A stretch of DNA of 62,728 bases, the filler included, from Basidioascus undulatus (lineage: Eukaryota): NCBI GenBank assembly GCA_000826855.1. It is 14 parts of 14 records of this genome, joined end to end, with 100 filler letters (N's around TTAATTAATTAA, not from the genome) between each part and the next. Parts side by side here need not be neighbours in the genome. Positions count along the whole stretch, not along the records: positions 47,893 to 50,783 come from JTLS01002601.1; positions 50,884 to 53,772 come from JTLS01002602.1; positions 53,873 to 56,760 come from JTLS01002603.1; positions 56,861 to 59,748 come from JTLS01002604.1; positions 59,849 to 62,728 come from JTLS01002605.1; 9 more parts are not named here. One strand, 5' to 3'. Made by a program: the position numbers and the translations under genes. The first letter of the stretch is position 1, and each line of letters opens with the position of its first letter. Below the pieces are notes generated by a model. It made no database searches, had not been told where the DNA came from, and was given only the letters and a program-made list of their open reading frames with translations. Shown here piece by piece: positions 49,588 through 62,387 of this stretch.

Positions 49588-50883
49588 GTCTAGTGAAGAT
49601 TAAGGGGGTAGTGTTGCAGATGGTGGGAATGGGTATGTGTCGTTAAGATGCCAATGCGAGTATTGTCAATGCCAGAGTGGGTATGGAGAGGTCGTGAAGG
49701 AAGTCGTTAAATGCCGGTCTTGCTAGGGCGAGTGTAAGCTGGCTGAGTGGTACGAAGGCTAGGCCACAGCCGTACTGGATTAAATGAGCGGGATGAGGGG
49801 GAAAAAAAAGACAGGGCTGCGCCTGTTGGCGATGCTGACAGCGGTGTTGGTGATGAGGGTGAAGCCAACACACCGCTGCTGTTTCGCGACGAGGCCAAGG
49901 GGCAGTCGAGGAGGACCCCTATCGCCCTGCCGCGGGAACCGATTACGGAGCGTCGGGAGATCTGGCCATCGCAACCGACTGCGCTTAAATGTCTGCAATT
50001 TGCTGCGTATTCCTCTAATCGTGAGTCTGTGGTGGTGAAAGAATACCACTTTGAACCGATTCACTACTTGGGCTTCCACTACGGTGAAGCGGTGCACTGC
50101 CAGAACTACCACTGTCAAACTGTCGGTCGAAGCGGCTCTGCAGCCTGAGCATTCCACTCTAACCCTTCAGAGTATTCTTAGATTATGTTGCATAGTAAGA
50201 GAGGCGTACTTGACGGGACATTCAGAGAGGCGGCAGCGAAACACTGCGATGAGCAGCAACGGCTGGTGCAGCTAAGCGAGGCCTCAGGCAGGCAACAGGC
50301 GTCCGTACCCTACCATGAACTTGCATCTCGACATTGATTCATCCGTTTTACCTGTGCACCACTCAAAGCTACGGGGACACAATGTAAAGCGGAGCTCTGC
50401 GAGGACTTGTCTTTCAACCAGCGTACCTACGAAACTGTAGACCTAGTACCCAGGAGGGTCACCATTAACAAAGCCACCAGAACAGATTCTACACTGAGTG
50501 GCCAACACAATATCGTTATTCTCCTGCATATGGAAATGTCTGGTAAGAACCATTGCGATAACGTGGGCAGGCGGACAAAGTATCGCGGAATAGTATGCAG
50601 ATCGGCGTTGACAACGGGATCGTCGGTTCCCCATGTTAGCATTCGACACACCGCCGTGGCATGGCTTTGCATCTTTGCATCTTACATCCCTCTTCAAAGC
50701 TACTGCAAATCATAGTGTGATTTCTATTGGGTGAAGAAGACAGACACTGTTTGGCGTACGCCCCCCCCCCCCCCCCCCTTTCCNNNNNNNNNNNNNNNNN
50801 NNNNNNNNNNNNNNNNNNNNNNNNNNNTTAATTAATTAANNNNNNNNNNNNNNNNNNNNNNNNNNNNNNNNNNNNNNNNNNNN

Positions 50884-53761
50884 CGGCAGCCTGGACGCCC
50901 TCGCTCGAAATGCGGCCGTCGTGGTCGGCGTCGAGCGCCTCGAACTTGGACTTGAGCTGCTGAACCTCCTCGGGGAGGAAGACGGCGCGGGCGGTGTGCG
51001 TGTCGGCGACGGCGGCAGCGTGGTCACGCGCCTTGCCCGCGCGCACGTCCGCGAGTGTGAGCTCCGCCTTGCTCGGCGGCAGGCCCATCGTCATCAGGTA
51101 GTCAAGCGCAAGCTGGAACTCCGTCTCCTTCCGCCGCAGGTCCCACCCGAGCTCCTCGGCCATGATGTCCACCACGCGCGGGAGCGACTCGAGCGCAGCC
51201 TGCGTGTTGAGGAACGCGAGACGCGTCCGGCGCGCAATCACGTCCGCAGCGCGCTGGGCGTACTCGGCACGCGCAGCGTAACGGACCTCGGTCTCACTGT
51301 GGACAGAAAGAGGGGTGTGAGAGGGGCCCATAGGACACGCGGAAGATCGACAGCACGCACAGGAAGGGGTAGGAGGTGGTGAGGCGGGTACCGTGGAGCG
51401 GCCAGCGGAGGCCAGTAGGCTCGGCCATCGCAGCGACGTTCCAGGCGAGACTAGAGCAGTCGGAATTCGTCAGGGCCCTCTCACGAATTCAACCATTTCG
51501 AAACTTACGAGCCGTAGGTCTCCGACAGGTGCTGAGCGACATCGGTCTCGAGACCGAACTGCTGGATGAGCTTGACGCTGTTACCGCCACGCGATATCAG
51601 AAACGACCCAGAACATCTCAACGGTAGGAAAATCTAGACTCACAACATCATCTTGTTCCAGCCGTGGGAGCCGACGAGCTTGATCTTGGTCGTCTCGCAA
51701 GGAGCGGGCTTGAGGCCGTACTCCTTGATTGCGCGGTCGACTGTCTCCTCCGCCATCGCGCGGTAGGTAGTCCACTGTGTTAAAAGCCAAATCGCAATCT
51801 CAGCAACACATTCCATCCCGCATCTCCGACTCTCAGATAGCCAGACGGGGAAGGGAACGCACCTTGCCACCGGCGATGGTGAGCAGGCCAGACTTGGAGA
51901 CGTTGATCATGTGGTTGCGGACGAGGGACTCGGTGTTCTTCGCCGCGGGGTCGCGGACGAGGGGGCGGAGACCGGACCACGCGGAGAGAACGTCACCGCG
52001 GCGGACCTTTAGGTCGGGGCTGAGGTAGCGGGCGACCTGTTTTAGGCACCAGCATTCGCATAAGCCGTTGTACAACAGGACAAGGAGACCACAGAGGATG
52101 GGAAACACGCACCTCGTCAATGATCCACTGCACCTGCTCCTCCTGCGGCGCGGGGTTCTGCTCGACCGGCGCGGGCGCGTCGGTCGTACCGGCGATGACG
52201 TTGCCGAGCCAGGGAAGGAAGAAGATGACACGGCCGTCGGAGGTGTTGGGGTCGATGAGACCGAGCTCCTGCGAGCAGTAGTAGGAGGGGAGGGCTGCGG
52301 GCGCCGGCGTGTCAGCTGGAACAGAAGGGACGGCCTGGGGCGGACGCACTGATGTGAACGCCGGCGGAGGGAGCGACGATCTCGCGCGTGTCGGGCTCGT
52401 CGAGCTTGCGAATACCGTCGGAGAAGGGACCGGTAGCGTTGATGACACCCTGTACACCAGGATCAAGACCGGTTCAGTCTCCGATAACGCACGCTAGGTA
52501 AGAGTGAACGTACGGTAGCCTTGACGTCCCACTCGCGCCCAGCGATGTTGTCCCGCAACCGGGCACCGATGATCCGGCCCTTGTCGTTCTTCTCGAGACC
52601 GATGACCTCCGTGTGGTTCGCGACCGTCGCGCCGTGGTGGACGGCGGTCATGATCAGCGCCATGTTCATGCGGGCGTCGTTATGCTGGCCTAAATGTTGT
52701 TGAGGCGATTTCCGCCATCAGCACGAAACATTAATATTCAGGTTGAAGACGGGACAGAGGACGCACCGTCGTAGTACACGACGGAACCGACGAGTCCGTC
52801 CGACTTGAGCATGGGGAACGCGTCGAGCGTCTTGCCCTTGCCCATCAGGTACGAAGACTCCATGTTTTGGGAACCGGCGAGGAAGTCGTACACTGAAGTG
52901 CGGTATGAGCGTCAACGCAACGAGCAGGATGAGCGGAAGGAACAGTGAGGACAGAGAACTTACTTTTACAGCCGACGTAGAAGTACGGGAGTTGCCACCA
53001 GGTGTAGACGGGGAGCATGATAGGGAGGGGGGCGGAGAGGTAGGGTGCGATCTGGTGGAATGCGCTGCGTCAGTCGCGCGAGGCGATGCGAGGGTAGATG
53101 TTGGACAGGGAAGACAGACCTCAAGGAAGGTCTTGCGCTCGTGGAGCGCCTCGCGGACGAGCTTCCATTGCTCGTAGTCGAGCTCGAGGATGGCTTTTTG
53201 CAGGTAGCGGACACCGCCGTGAACGAGCTTCGTAGACTTGGAGGAAGTACCTGCGAGATCGGACCGCGGGATCGTCAGCAAACTTGGGAACACGCCACGC
53301 TCTGGGACACGCCTGGCGACCTCAATCTCCGAGGTGTACATGGCCGGCTTTGTCCCCACTCCCTGCCGCTTCCTGCAAATGCCGATCAATCACTCACCCG
53401 ACGCAAAGTCATCCCGCTCCACAAGCGCGACCTTGTAACCACGCGTGGCCGAGTCCACCGCGACACCCGCACCCGTCGCACCACCACCAACGATCAGGAG
53501 ATCCCAGTTCTCGACCTTCTCCTTGTCGTCGCCCGTCCCGCCGAGCTTGGCGAGCATCTGCTCGCGCGAGGGCGGCGTCCAGAGCGCGCTCGGCCGGTGG
53601 TCCTGGATCGTCGCCGCGTCGTTCTCGATGTCTGAGGAGTGGAGCGCATAGTAGAGCGAGAGGGAGGTCGCGGCAAACGCAGTGGACGCTATTGCTGCGT
53701 TGCGCCGCGCGTTCGACGGGCGGGTGAGCGGGCGGAGGGTGGAGAGTGAGCGGCGGAACAT
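50884..53761 (-). CDS. GUT2: Mitochondrial FAD-dependent glycerol-3-phosphate dehydrogenase with a C-terminal EF-hand-like motif, 3'-truncated
   Basis: [88 protein letters not shown]. Confidence 0.97.
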
Positions 53762-54535
53762 GGGCAACTCGCNNNNNNNNNNNNNNNNNNNNNNNNNNNN
53801 NNNNNNNNNNNNNNNNTTAATTAATTAANNNNNNNNNNNNNNNNNNNNNNNNNNNNNNNNNNNNNNNNNNNNGCCGGTCAGTACATGAGAATTCGGAAGA
53901 AATTATGTGATTGTGTATCGAGTTCGAAAAGAATATGATGAGAGTAGAGGTGGGAACAGATCAAGCCGCGGTCCAGTCCCAATTATGGATGTGAGCGGCG
54001 GCGTCGTTCCCACGGGCAAACCGATCCGCCGGCAAATCGGCACTCTCATATCGCACTTCGGTCTCGCAGCCCGACAACTTGCTCGCAACCGGCCGATGGC
54101 ACGCAAAGATGGACCGTATGTGTTTCGCCATACACCTGCCTTTCGCTGAATTAAGCGCATATCCACGGCGATAAATGCGCTCATGCATGGTAAACTAGGG
54201 TATCCCAAAGCCCTCCACCATGTGCACCTCCTCCCATAACTGCCGTCGCAACCGGCCGACTGGCCCTGCAACAGTTTCGTGCGATTGCCTGCCGGTGACG
54301 ACATAGAGAAAAACATCTCAATGCGCACTTGGGCGGGAATGAAAGAGACCAATCAATCAAAGATGCTTACGAGGTCTTCAGCAACCGTGCAGGCAGTCAC
54401 AACCCGGCAGTCGTATGGGCGCCTGACGGGGACCCACGACGAATTGTCCCCGTAAGGTAGGCAGGACCTTTGCACTGATTTTTCATCCGGTATGGTACTG
54501 CACTACAATCCCAGCTGAAGGACCGATTCCCCATA

Positions 54536-56760
54536 TCACAGCTTCGCAGTGGCTTTCGCTACTCCTGCACCACGCTTCTTCCACTCCCCCAGGACTTCAT
54601 TCTTCAGATCTTTCTTGACAACCTTCCCGCTGCGAGCGTTTGTCAAATCAGCCATTGCTTCCGAACACAGTGAGAGCTAGTATAACACTTACGCCGCATT
54701 CCTGTCGATAGGCTTCTCACGGAAGACGACGAATTCGGGCACGGCCTGTGGAGTAGAATTATCCTAATTAGACCGAAGATGTTGGCTCCAAACCTATGAA
54801 AAGCTTACCCCGCGAGGGAGCAGCTTTGCCGTGTACGATTGGACATGCTCCTGGGTGAGCTTCCCGTGGAAGCCCTCGCGGGTAACGACCACGCATGACA
54901 CGACTTCGCCCAAGGTAGGGTGGGGAAGCGGCACCGCAGCGCAGTCGGCGACACGGGAGCTGTTGGCAAGTGTAAGTCGGGTCTATGGGAAAAGTAGAAA
55001 CGTATTTTCTTACTCTGAGTAGACAGCGTTTTCTGTATAACCAGTAACTGAGGTTCAAGCCTGACCGGAATGCAAAATGAAACAGCGCGAGAGAAACGCA
55101 CCGACGACGACGCTAGAGATGTTTTCGCCTCCCCGGATGATGATGTCCTTCACTGCAAGCCAGCGCAAGTGAGTTTTTATTTTTGCCCCTGCGCCAGTCT
55201 GCTATTGGAAGCGCACCGCGATCGCGAACGTAGATGAACCCTTCCTCGTCCACAAAGCCGAGATCACCCCTGCGGGAGATTTCAGACGCCGCCGACCTGG
55301 TGCGGAGTGGTAAGATTCTCACGTACGAGCGGTACCACCCGTCCTTCGTGAATGCCTTGTCGTTCTCCTCGGGCTTGTTCCAGTATCTTCAGAGCCTGCG
55401 TAAGCTCGACTGGGTCGTTAAATCGGAGCGCTAGGAACGCAAACTCACCCCTTGCAGACGTTCGGTCCCTCTGTTCATCTTTCGCTCAGTCGTATAACCC
55501 ATCGACTAGTCTTGAAAATTGCTAGAAACAACGTACTCAGCCAGATCTCGCCGAGCTGACCAACCGGCCGCTCCACGCCCGTATCGGGATCAACCACAAG
55601 GATCTCGTTTACAGGCTACATGCGAAAACCATCAATGGTAAACGCTTGCTACAGCCTCTGGTATTAGAAAACGACGGGAACATACAGTGCACACTCCGAC
55701 CGAGTCGGGCTTCCGCATGTAATCCTCGCCTGCCATGCTGACAGCGACAGAGTTGGTCTCGGTCATGCCATCTGTGATACGGAAGCTTGTCAGTTCAAGC
55801 CTTCGCTAAAGTGATATTCCGAAGACAGACTCACACCCCTGCGATAGCATGATATTAGGCAGATTTTTCGCGCTCTCCTTCGCCATCGCGACCGCGGCCG
55901 GCGCACCACCAAAGAAGAGCGATTCGAGCGCGACGTCCGATTTCGAAAGACGCGAGTTGATGAGCTCCCGAGCCATGAGGGGTACACCTCTGCAAAAAAG
56001 AATAGGTTGCTGAGTCAAAGACATGCCACTGGGTGCAAGGCAGGCTGAAAGAACAAGGACTGACCCCGCCGTCGTGCAGCGCTCCTTGATAATGAGATCG
56101 ACGGCTTTCTCCGCGTTCCATTTGTACCTTTTCAAACGACCGTTATGCAAGTGAGCCTAATTCAATAAATTGAACAGTTCAAGCACGTACATGAGCACAA
56201 CTTTGCCGCCCGTGAAAGTCGCGACCCCAAGTAGCGATTGGCAGCCTGAAACGATATGCAGACAATCTCAGCGGCTGGCGGATAGACGCAAAGAACTAAC
56301 GCCTCCGATACTCACCGGTTACATGGAACAGCGGTACAGACACTAGCGAGGCTTTTTGCGGAGCGTTCGGGTCAGGAGTTGGGATATTCTCGCCCTTGCG
56401 CAGAGCTCGGCGAAGGGGCGGGAGCACGGCATTCGGGACGTTGGTGAGGCTGATAAGAAGTTTGATCAATTTATTTCCCTACTAAATCTATTGAGAAGTA
56501 TGAGCCTACAATTGACGCTGGGACGATAGAACGCCTTTCGGAAGGCCAGTCTGGATAGCCCCTACAATGTCAGCCCAACATCAGGCTTCGATATACCGGA
56601 CGGAATATTGACAGTGCCGCTGGTGAAGAATATCGAAGCATTGTCGTCCGGCCCCACCTCAACCTTCGGCAGATCGGTCCTCCCCCGGAACTCGCCCTGG
56701 AGGTCCTTCCACAGCCGCACGCCCGGCAACCCGCCCGTCTCGCCGCGGACGACAACGAGC
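54536..56760 (-). CDS. AMP-dependent acyl-CoA synthetase/ligase with PTS1 (-AKL), 5'-truncated
   Basis: IFFTSGT|TGLPKG, PLFHVTG, FGGAP, GMTETN, GWYRS|GDLG, KDIIIRGGENIS, GKVVK. Ends ...AKATAKL*. Confidence 0.92.
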
Positions 56761-56860
56761 NNNNNNNNNNNNNNNNNNNNNNNNNNNNNNNNNNNNNNNN
56801 NNNNTTAATTAATTAANNNNNNNNNNNNNNNNNNNNNNNNNNNNNNNNNNNNNNNNNNNN

Positions 56861-57158
56861 CCATCCCCCGCTAACTTCCCTCCCCCCCACAGCCACCCCC
56901 CAAACCAACATCTCCATCTCCCTCCCCTCCCTCGCGCGCCCAAAGCAGGCTGGCAAGTTCCTCTCCGCCGTGGGCGACGTCGGCCTCGGCCTCCTCCGGC
57001 TCGAGCACGTCGCGCGCGCGGATAAAGGCGACGGCGATCTGTGGTTTGAGGATGGCGAGGGGAAGAAGGTGAGCGTGACGCCGTGGAAGCCGGGGTGGTG
57101 GCCGAAGGAGGAGCCGGAGGAGCCGGAGGGAGAGCAGTGTGAGGGGGAGGTGGATTAG
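56861..57158 (+). CDS. IBA57: Iba57/Caf17-like (YgfZ family) protein, C-terminal end
   Basis: AGKFLSAVGDVGLGLLRLE...PWKPGWWP resembles the C-terminus of this family. Confidence 0.65.
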
Positions 57159-58011
57159 AGGGAGGAAGGCGGAGTCATGCATGTTATGGCATGGTTTGTT
57201 TACTCAGATCTGGCGTGGTGGTGCGCTGAGAAGTTTCAGAACGATCAGAAGCCTGGTTTTTTGTGTGCGTCCTGACCCACACGAGGCGCAGTTGGGGCTT
57301 AGGCGGGTCATCTATTGAGCCGGCGACATAGGGAGTAGAACCAACACCTTGTTCGCGCACGAGCTATTCGTTAACACTACCATCAACTTTGCCAACAACA
57401 AGCAAACGATAAGCGAACGTGTAAACAAGGCTGGCAGAAATGGGTGTATTCGCCAACTGCTCGCAGGGAAGCTTTCAGACAATACCGTTAGACCGCTCAA
57501 ACGACTCGTTCAGGTTGAAACATTGCTTCCCAGATGCCTGACATCTGCTGGAGTCCGCTTGTCTTGTCGCAACTTGAGGTTGAAAGTCCTGAGGGCTTGA
57601 TCACGCTGGCACAGGTGCCGGTCGGCCTCTCGTCTATGTCTTCCCGGAGGGGCTTAGTCTGAGCAGCGGTAAGCAAGATGTACTATTATTCTGGGACGGT
57701 GAGTGCCTAGGCTGTGAACGACGAATACAATGCAAAAAGTTCCTGGCGGACAAGGAAGGAGTAGTTTGCATTGTGCTCCCACCTACTCTCCGTGGGCACG
57801 TACAGTTCAACCGTTCAGAATATAGTTGAGACTCGCTTTCCCGACAAAGTACGACGGCTGATGTTCAAAAGCCAACGGCAAAGCATCGTCGGAGGGAGAG
57901 GGAACTGACCAGCCATCCCGCGCCTGCGGCTGCAGCGCCCTCGCTTAGCGAGGTTCGTCCCACACTTCTCTTCCTCCCTCATCCTCCTTCCTTCGGCCCC
58001 CCACTCGATCG

Positions 58012-59110
58012 ATGGCTCTCGAAACCGTCCTCCAAAATCGACCCACCCCTATCGAACTCGTACCCTCCCGATCAGCTCGGGTTCAACACGCTCGACTATC
58101 GTCTCAACAGCTTCGTCTCGACCTGGCCATCCTGCTTCGGAATCGTTGACGTCGCTTCAGATCCCTGCGCAGGTCTCTGCGTAGATCATCTCAGGCCCGG
58201 GGAGGTCATCATTATCGCTTGGATGGACAACCCGTTCTCACTCGTCCGCGTCGGGCCCACCTCGATGGCGATCACAGCCAAGCTTCGCGAACATCTCTGG
58301 ACTTCGACTTGGGGCACGCGCCGCCCCAGAAGGATAAATTGGACGTCTTCTTCCCGGACTGGCTTGATCCGTAGTTTCGGGACGTCACTGTCGGCACGTA
58401 CAACAGCGTGCGCACACTCGTCAACACGCTCGCGAGTGCGGATGCTGGGCTCATGGGTGTAAATCCTGCGGTCGCAAGTGCGCGGATGACGCTGAACCGG
58501 TAACAAGTCGACCTGTCCCTCCTTGCAATGTGGCTCGATCTTGATGCGAAGCAAGTCGTCGTCCCGCAGTGTCCGTCCAAAGCCTACCGAATCTCGCTCT
58601 CTTCGACGCAGCAGACGCACTCGCACCAGCCCGTGCCCTTCTTCGAGCTCCCTGCCGCGCGGCACCAGTATCCCTGGCCAGCAGGACGGCCAGTGTACGC
58701 CCACTACACCATCGGAGACTTCTGCTGTCCTCCTCCGCTCGATCCCGTCTCGCACCTCTTCCTTCTTGAGGGCATCCTCGGGCGCTCTGCAGCGCAGCTC
58801 GCCGAGTTGGCTGCGCGGGTTCTGGAGTATACGATGGACAGCCAGTCGATCCAGAAGGTTCACACTTGGGTCTCGGCGGCACCCGACACTAAGATATAGT
58901 TCTACGAGGTCTGCGGCCGGCGCTGCTGGAAGCACTGCGTTATTTGTAAAGTCGCGTTCTATTGCGGTAAGGAACACCAGATCGAGGACTGGGGAAACCA
59001 CAAGCAGGTATGTGGTTCATTGCAGAGCTCCGGTCATGCCTTTCGCTGAAAGTGTCTTCCGTTCACTGAGCAGTGGTGTAGGGAGCACAAGCTGGAGTTA
59101 GCTGCGTCTT
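58012..59110 (+). pseudogene. MYND zinc-finger protein pseudogene
   Basis: YEVCGRRCWKHCVICKVAFYCGKEHQIEDWGNHKQ|WCREHK. In-frame TAG at 58897-58899 and ~58372, and the first Cys ligand position reads Tyr. Confidence 0.7.
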
Positions 59111-59848
59111 GGGTTGAGCGGGCCTTGTTGTTTGCTGTACTTGCAAATGTATCGCCGCGTTTCAAGAAACTTCATCCCGCTGTGCTGTCTTCTAGAGCTC
59201 AACATCTGTCTCGATCTCCTGACCCATTGTCCGGTGTCGCTGCCTTCACCAACCTCTCGCATGATATGTTTACGTTGGGGTTGCCCCTGTACCACGTCAA
59301 CATCTGTTGCCTTGCGTTGTTGATTTTCGATCATCAGCCATTGCGCAAAAGCAAGCACCGACTAAGGGCCTGTCAGGAGCTAAGCAGCGTTCCTGAGCCT
59401 CAGCGAGCCGGAACATCTCAACAGGCGCGGGCGGGCGCCTCGAAATCTTGGCGCCGTTGTCCGATGTCCAACCCGTTTGACCGCTTTGGGACGCGTCTGG
59501 CCTGCCTTGATCAAGCCTCGTGGCCCTCTCCTCAAACGAGCAAGAGCAGCCCAGCAAGAGCAGCCCCTTTCTTCCTTTCGTCCTCCTCGATTCCAGTTTC
59601 GCCCGCCTCTTCCTTTCCCCTCGCTCACCGTCTTTTACAAGTCCTGCATACAACAAACATTGCAGAGCGTCTCTCATTATCCAGCATCGTCACTCTTTTC
59701 GACAAACACTCGCTTATCCACCGACATCGCATACCCCCCCCCCCCCCCNNNNNNNNNNNNNNNNNNNNNNNNNNNNNNNNNNNNNNNNNNNNTTAATTAA
59801 TTAANNNNNNNNNNNNNNNNNNNNNNNNNNNNNNNNNNNNNNNNNNNN

Positions 59849-60134
59849 CCTCCTCCCCACCGTGCGGGTCGATCGCGGCGCGATCCGGTTCATCCTTGCC
59901 GGAGCAAACATCATGTCCCCCGGCCTGACCTCCGCGGGCGGGCAGCTGCCCCCCGCGGATGCGGCGCTCCCCGCGGGCGCGCCGGTAGCGGTGTTTGCGG
60001 AGGGGAAGGAGGCGCCGGTCGGGATCGGGCTGCTTAAGTTTGGCACGGAGGAGATCAAGAAGACCAACAAGGGTATTGGGATCGACAGCGTGCACTATTT
60101 GGGGGATGGGCTGTGGGGGATGGAGCGGATATAA
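59849..60134 (+). CDS. TMA20: Translation machinery-associated protein 20 (MCT-1, PUA domain), C-terminal part
   Basis: VRVDRGAIRFILAGANIMSPGLTSAGG...AEGKE...NKGIGIDSVHYLGDGLW. Confidence 0.93.
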
Positions 60135-61117
60135 GGGCGCGCGGATGGGCTGGGTAATGATGATATCACGATTTGAATAGTCGGACCGATTTGGGCGTCG
60201 TGCTGGACGGAGGGACTGGTCCTCTCTCCCATTCGCTATGGGCCTGACCTGGTCGGCAGCGTCGTAAGGCGCCTCAAGTCGCTGCAGCCGGACTGATCAC
60301 GGGCTCATCCACCCGGGGATTTCGCTGTTTCCTATTGTCCTAATGTAGTTCCCATTTCAGAATAGCCCCAATCTGCGAAGGCGCAAGTGTACTGAACGTC
60401 ACGCCGACGTACTTGCCTGCTCCATGAAGCCATCAATGATCCTTGCAAACTATGCCGCAACAGACGCCTGACAAGCAGCTGCAGATTCAAGGCTATTAAT
60501 TACTTATAACCGCAGGCGTATGTAGGTATTCTGAATCAACTGCTCACTCGCACGCCACTTTCAGCTCGCGGACTGCACCCAGCAAGGATTGCGGACGGAG
60601 AGCCATCGCGATCTCCAGAGGACCACTCTGTGTCAGCTTACACGATAAAATTGAAATGCAAGCTTTTTTTTTCTTATTTGGAGACCGACACGCTGCAAAA
60701 ATGGAGGAAGGTGCTTGCTGGACAAAAGCAACACAGTACGCTGTGTTCACGCTGTGCTTTGCAGTCCACAACGCCATCCGTCCAGGGCGCTCGTCTACAA
60801 GCGGGACACTAATCAAGTTTCGCCCCTCAATTTAGTCTTTGGAAATGCACATATATGCCGTCAGACTGTTTGGGAAATACAGAGCATCACACATTGGAAG
60901 GGCAGCCGCGGCTCCCTCCCTAAGCAGAAGCTTCAGTAGAGGCAAGCAGCTCAACAAGACTCGTTCCGGCCAGACTGTAGAAAGAGGCTGTCAGACGTTG
61001 GAAAAAACTCTTTTGCAATCCTTGACCCACCCAATCATCTCCGGGTCGACCTTCTGGAAGAGACTGCATCGCACGTCGTCAGACGCCATTCCACCGCTGC
61101 CCTCTCATCACCAAACG

Positions 61118-61541
61118 CACTCACATGTTACCCCTTCCCCTTATCCAGCCCCAATTCTTCCTCCAAAAAAGCCCCAATGACTCCCGAATTGCAAGTCACG
61201 TCGTCGTGCGTCAACTCCTGCTTGAAGCTGACGCTCATGGTAAAGCTCGGCCCGCGCTTCCCGCCCCACGAGATGCTCGCGTCCTAGTGATCGAGACTTG
61301 GATGAAGGACTGCGGGGCGCAGGGAAAGCCCTTGAGGGAGTCGGTGAGCTCTGAGAGGAGGTAAGGTGAGAGTGAGAGGGGGAACGAGGAAAGGAGGGGA
61401 GGGGGAGGGAGAGGGGAACGGTACTTTGACGAGCTTGATAGTTAGGTCTTGGGCCTGTGGACGGAGCTGGATAAGTATTGATCTGGGTATGAATAAAAGA
61501 GGGATGACCTGTGTGTTGGTGGCGAATTTGACGAGGGGCAC
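61118..61541 (-). pseudogene. MIF/tautomerase-family pseudogene, second copy
   Basis: (GTG)PLVKFATNTQ|LRPQAQDLTIKLVK|..PQSFIQVSI, a frameshift, then DASISWGGKRGPSFTMSV...IGAFLEEELGLDKGKG*. Confidence 0.6.
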
Positions 61542-62387
61542 CTTGAGCAGCTCAGAAAAAAGGTGCGAGGGGGGTGGCTGTCGGGACTACATGGGAAGCC
61601 GGTGTTTAAGCATGTTGAAACGTGGACAGTACGGGATATTTAGACCGATCCGGGATGATTGACACGTTGAGGACGGTAAACCGTGGAGATCTCTCAGGAC
61701 GGAGGCATGGCGCCGTGGACTGCAAAGCACAGCGTACAGCTTCAACACTTCGCAGTGTGTCCGCTGTGCCTTTCCGTGTTGTGTTCCTTCCTCCACAAGT
61801 TTTAGCAGCTTGTCCACCTATACAGCTTCCCTCTTTCCATTTTCGTGTTGGAAGCTCCCGCAAAGGGGCCTGCGGAGGCTTTCAGTCCGCAATCTGTGCA
61901 TTGAAGCTGTAAAATGTAATGCCGTCGGAAGGCTCACTACTATAGACCTGCGAGTATGCATTGAGCATCCCTATCATGATGCTTTCTCACGGTACTCCCA
62001 CATAGTAAGAGTGTCCACCCTTGAGTTTGGGGCTGTTAAGGCAGTGACTGTGACAGGCTGCAGGAAAAGGCACTCGACCGGTCGAAGAGTGAGGTGTTCG
62101 CGCTCGCGGGCTGTTACGCCAGCCTGTGCTGTGCCACAAGGAAGTTTGTGGTTCTCCTAGTAGACTATTTACATTTCAATTCTGCTTGCTTGCCATTTGG
62201 CGAAACGTTGTTTGCCAGACAAAGCCCATTCTACAGGCAGCTGAGCTAATTTTCTCTCGCGCACCCTTCACATGTTTCCCCACTTTCCCCACTTTCCTCC
62301 TCGAGCTCCATGCACCTCACCCTCGTGCGACTTGCACGTACGCGGCTCTCAATACCTCTATCAACTTCACAGTCCCGCACGGTCGGA

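Noticed and set aside
49640..50760. Short ORFs upstream of the TKL kinase
   Set aside because: They show no recognisable domain or consistent exon structure.
54423..54458. Hairpin ACGGGGAC...GTCCCCGT as a Helitron end or terminator
   Set aside because: The stem is short, there is no downstream CTAG end, and no other Helitron features are present.
23764..59804. TTAATTAATTAA recurring about every 3 kb as a biological periodic repeat
   Set aside because: It is always centred in N-runs of identical length, so it is a synthetic six-frame-stop linker.
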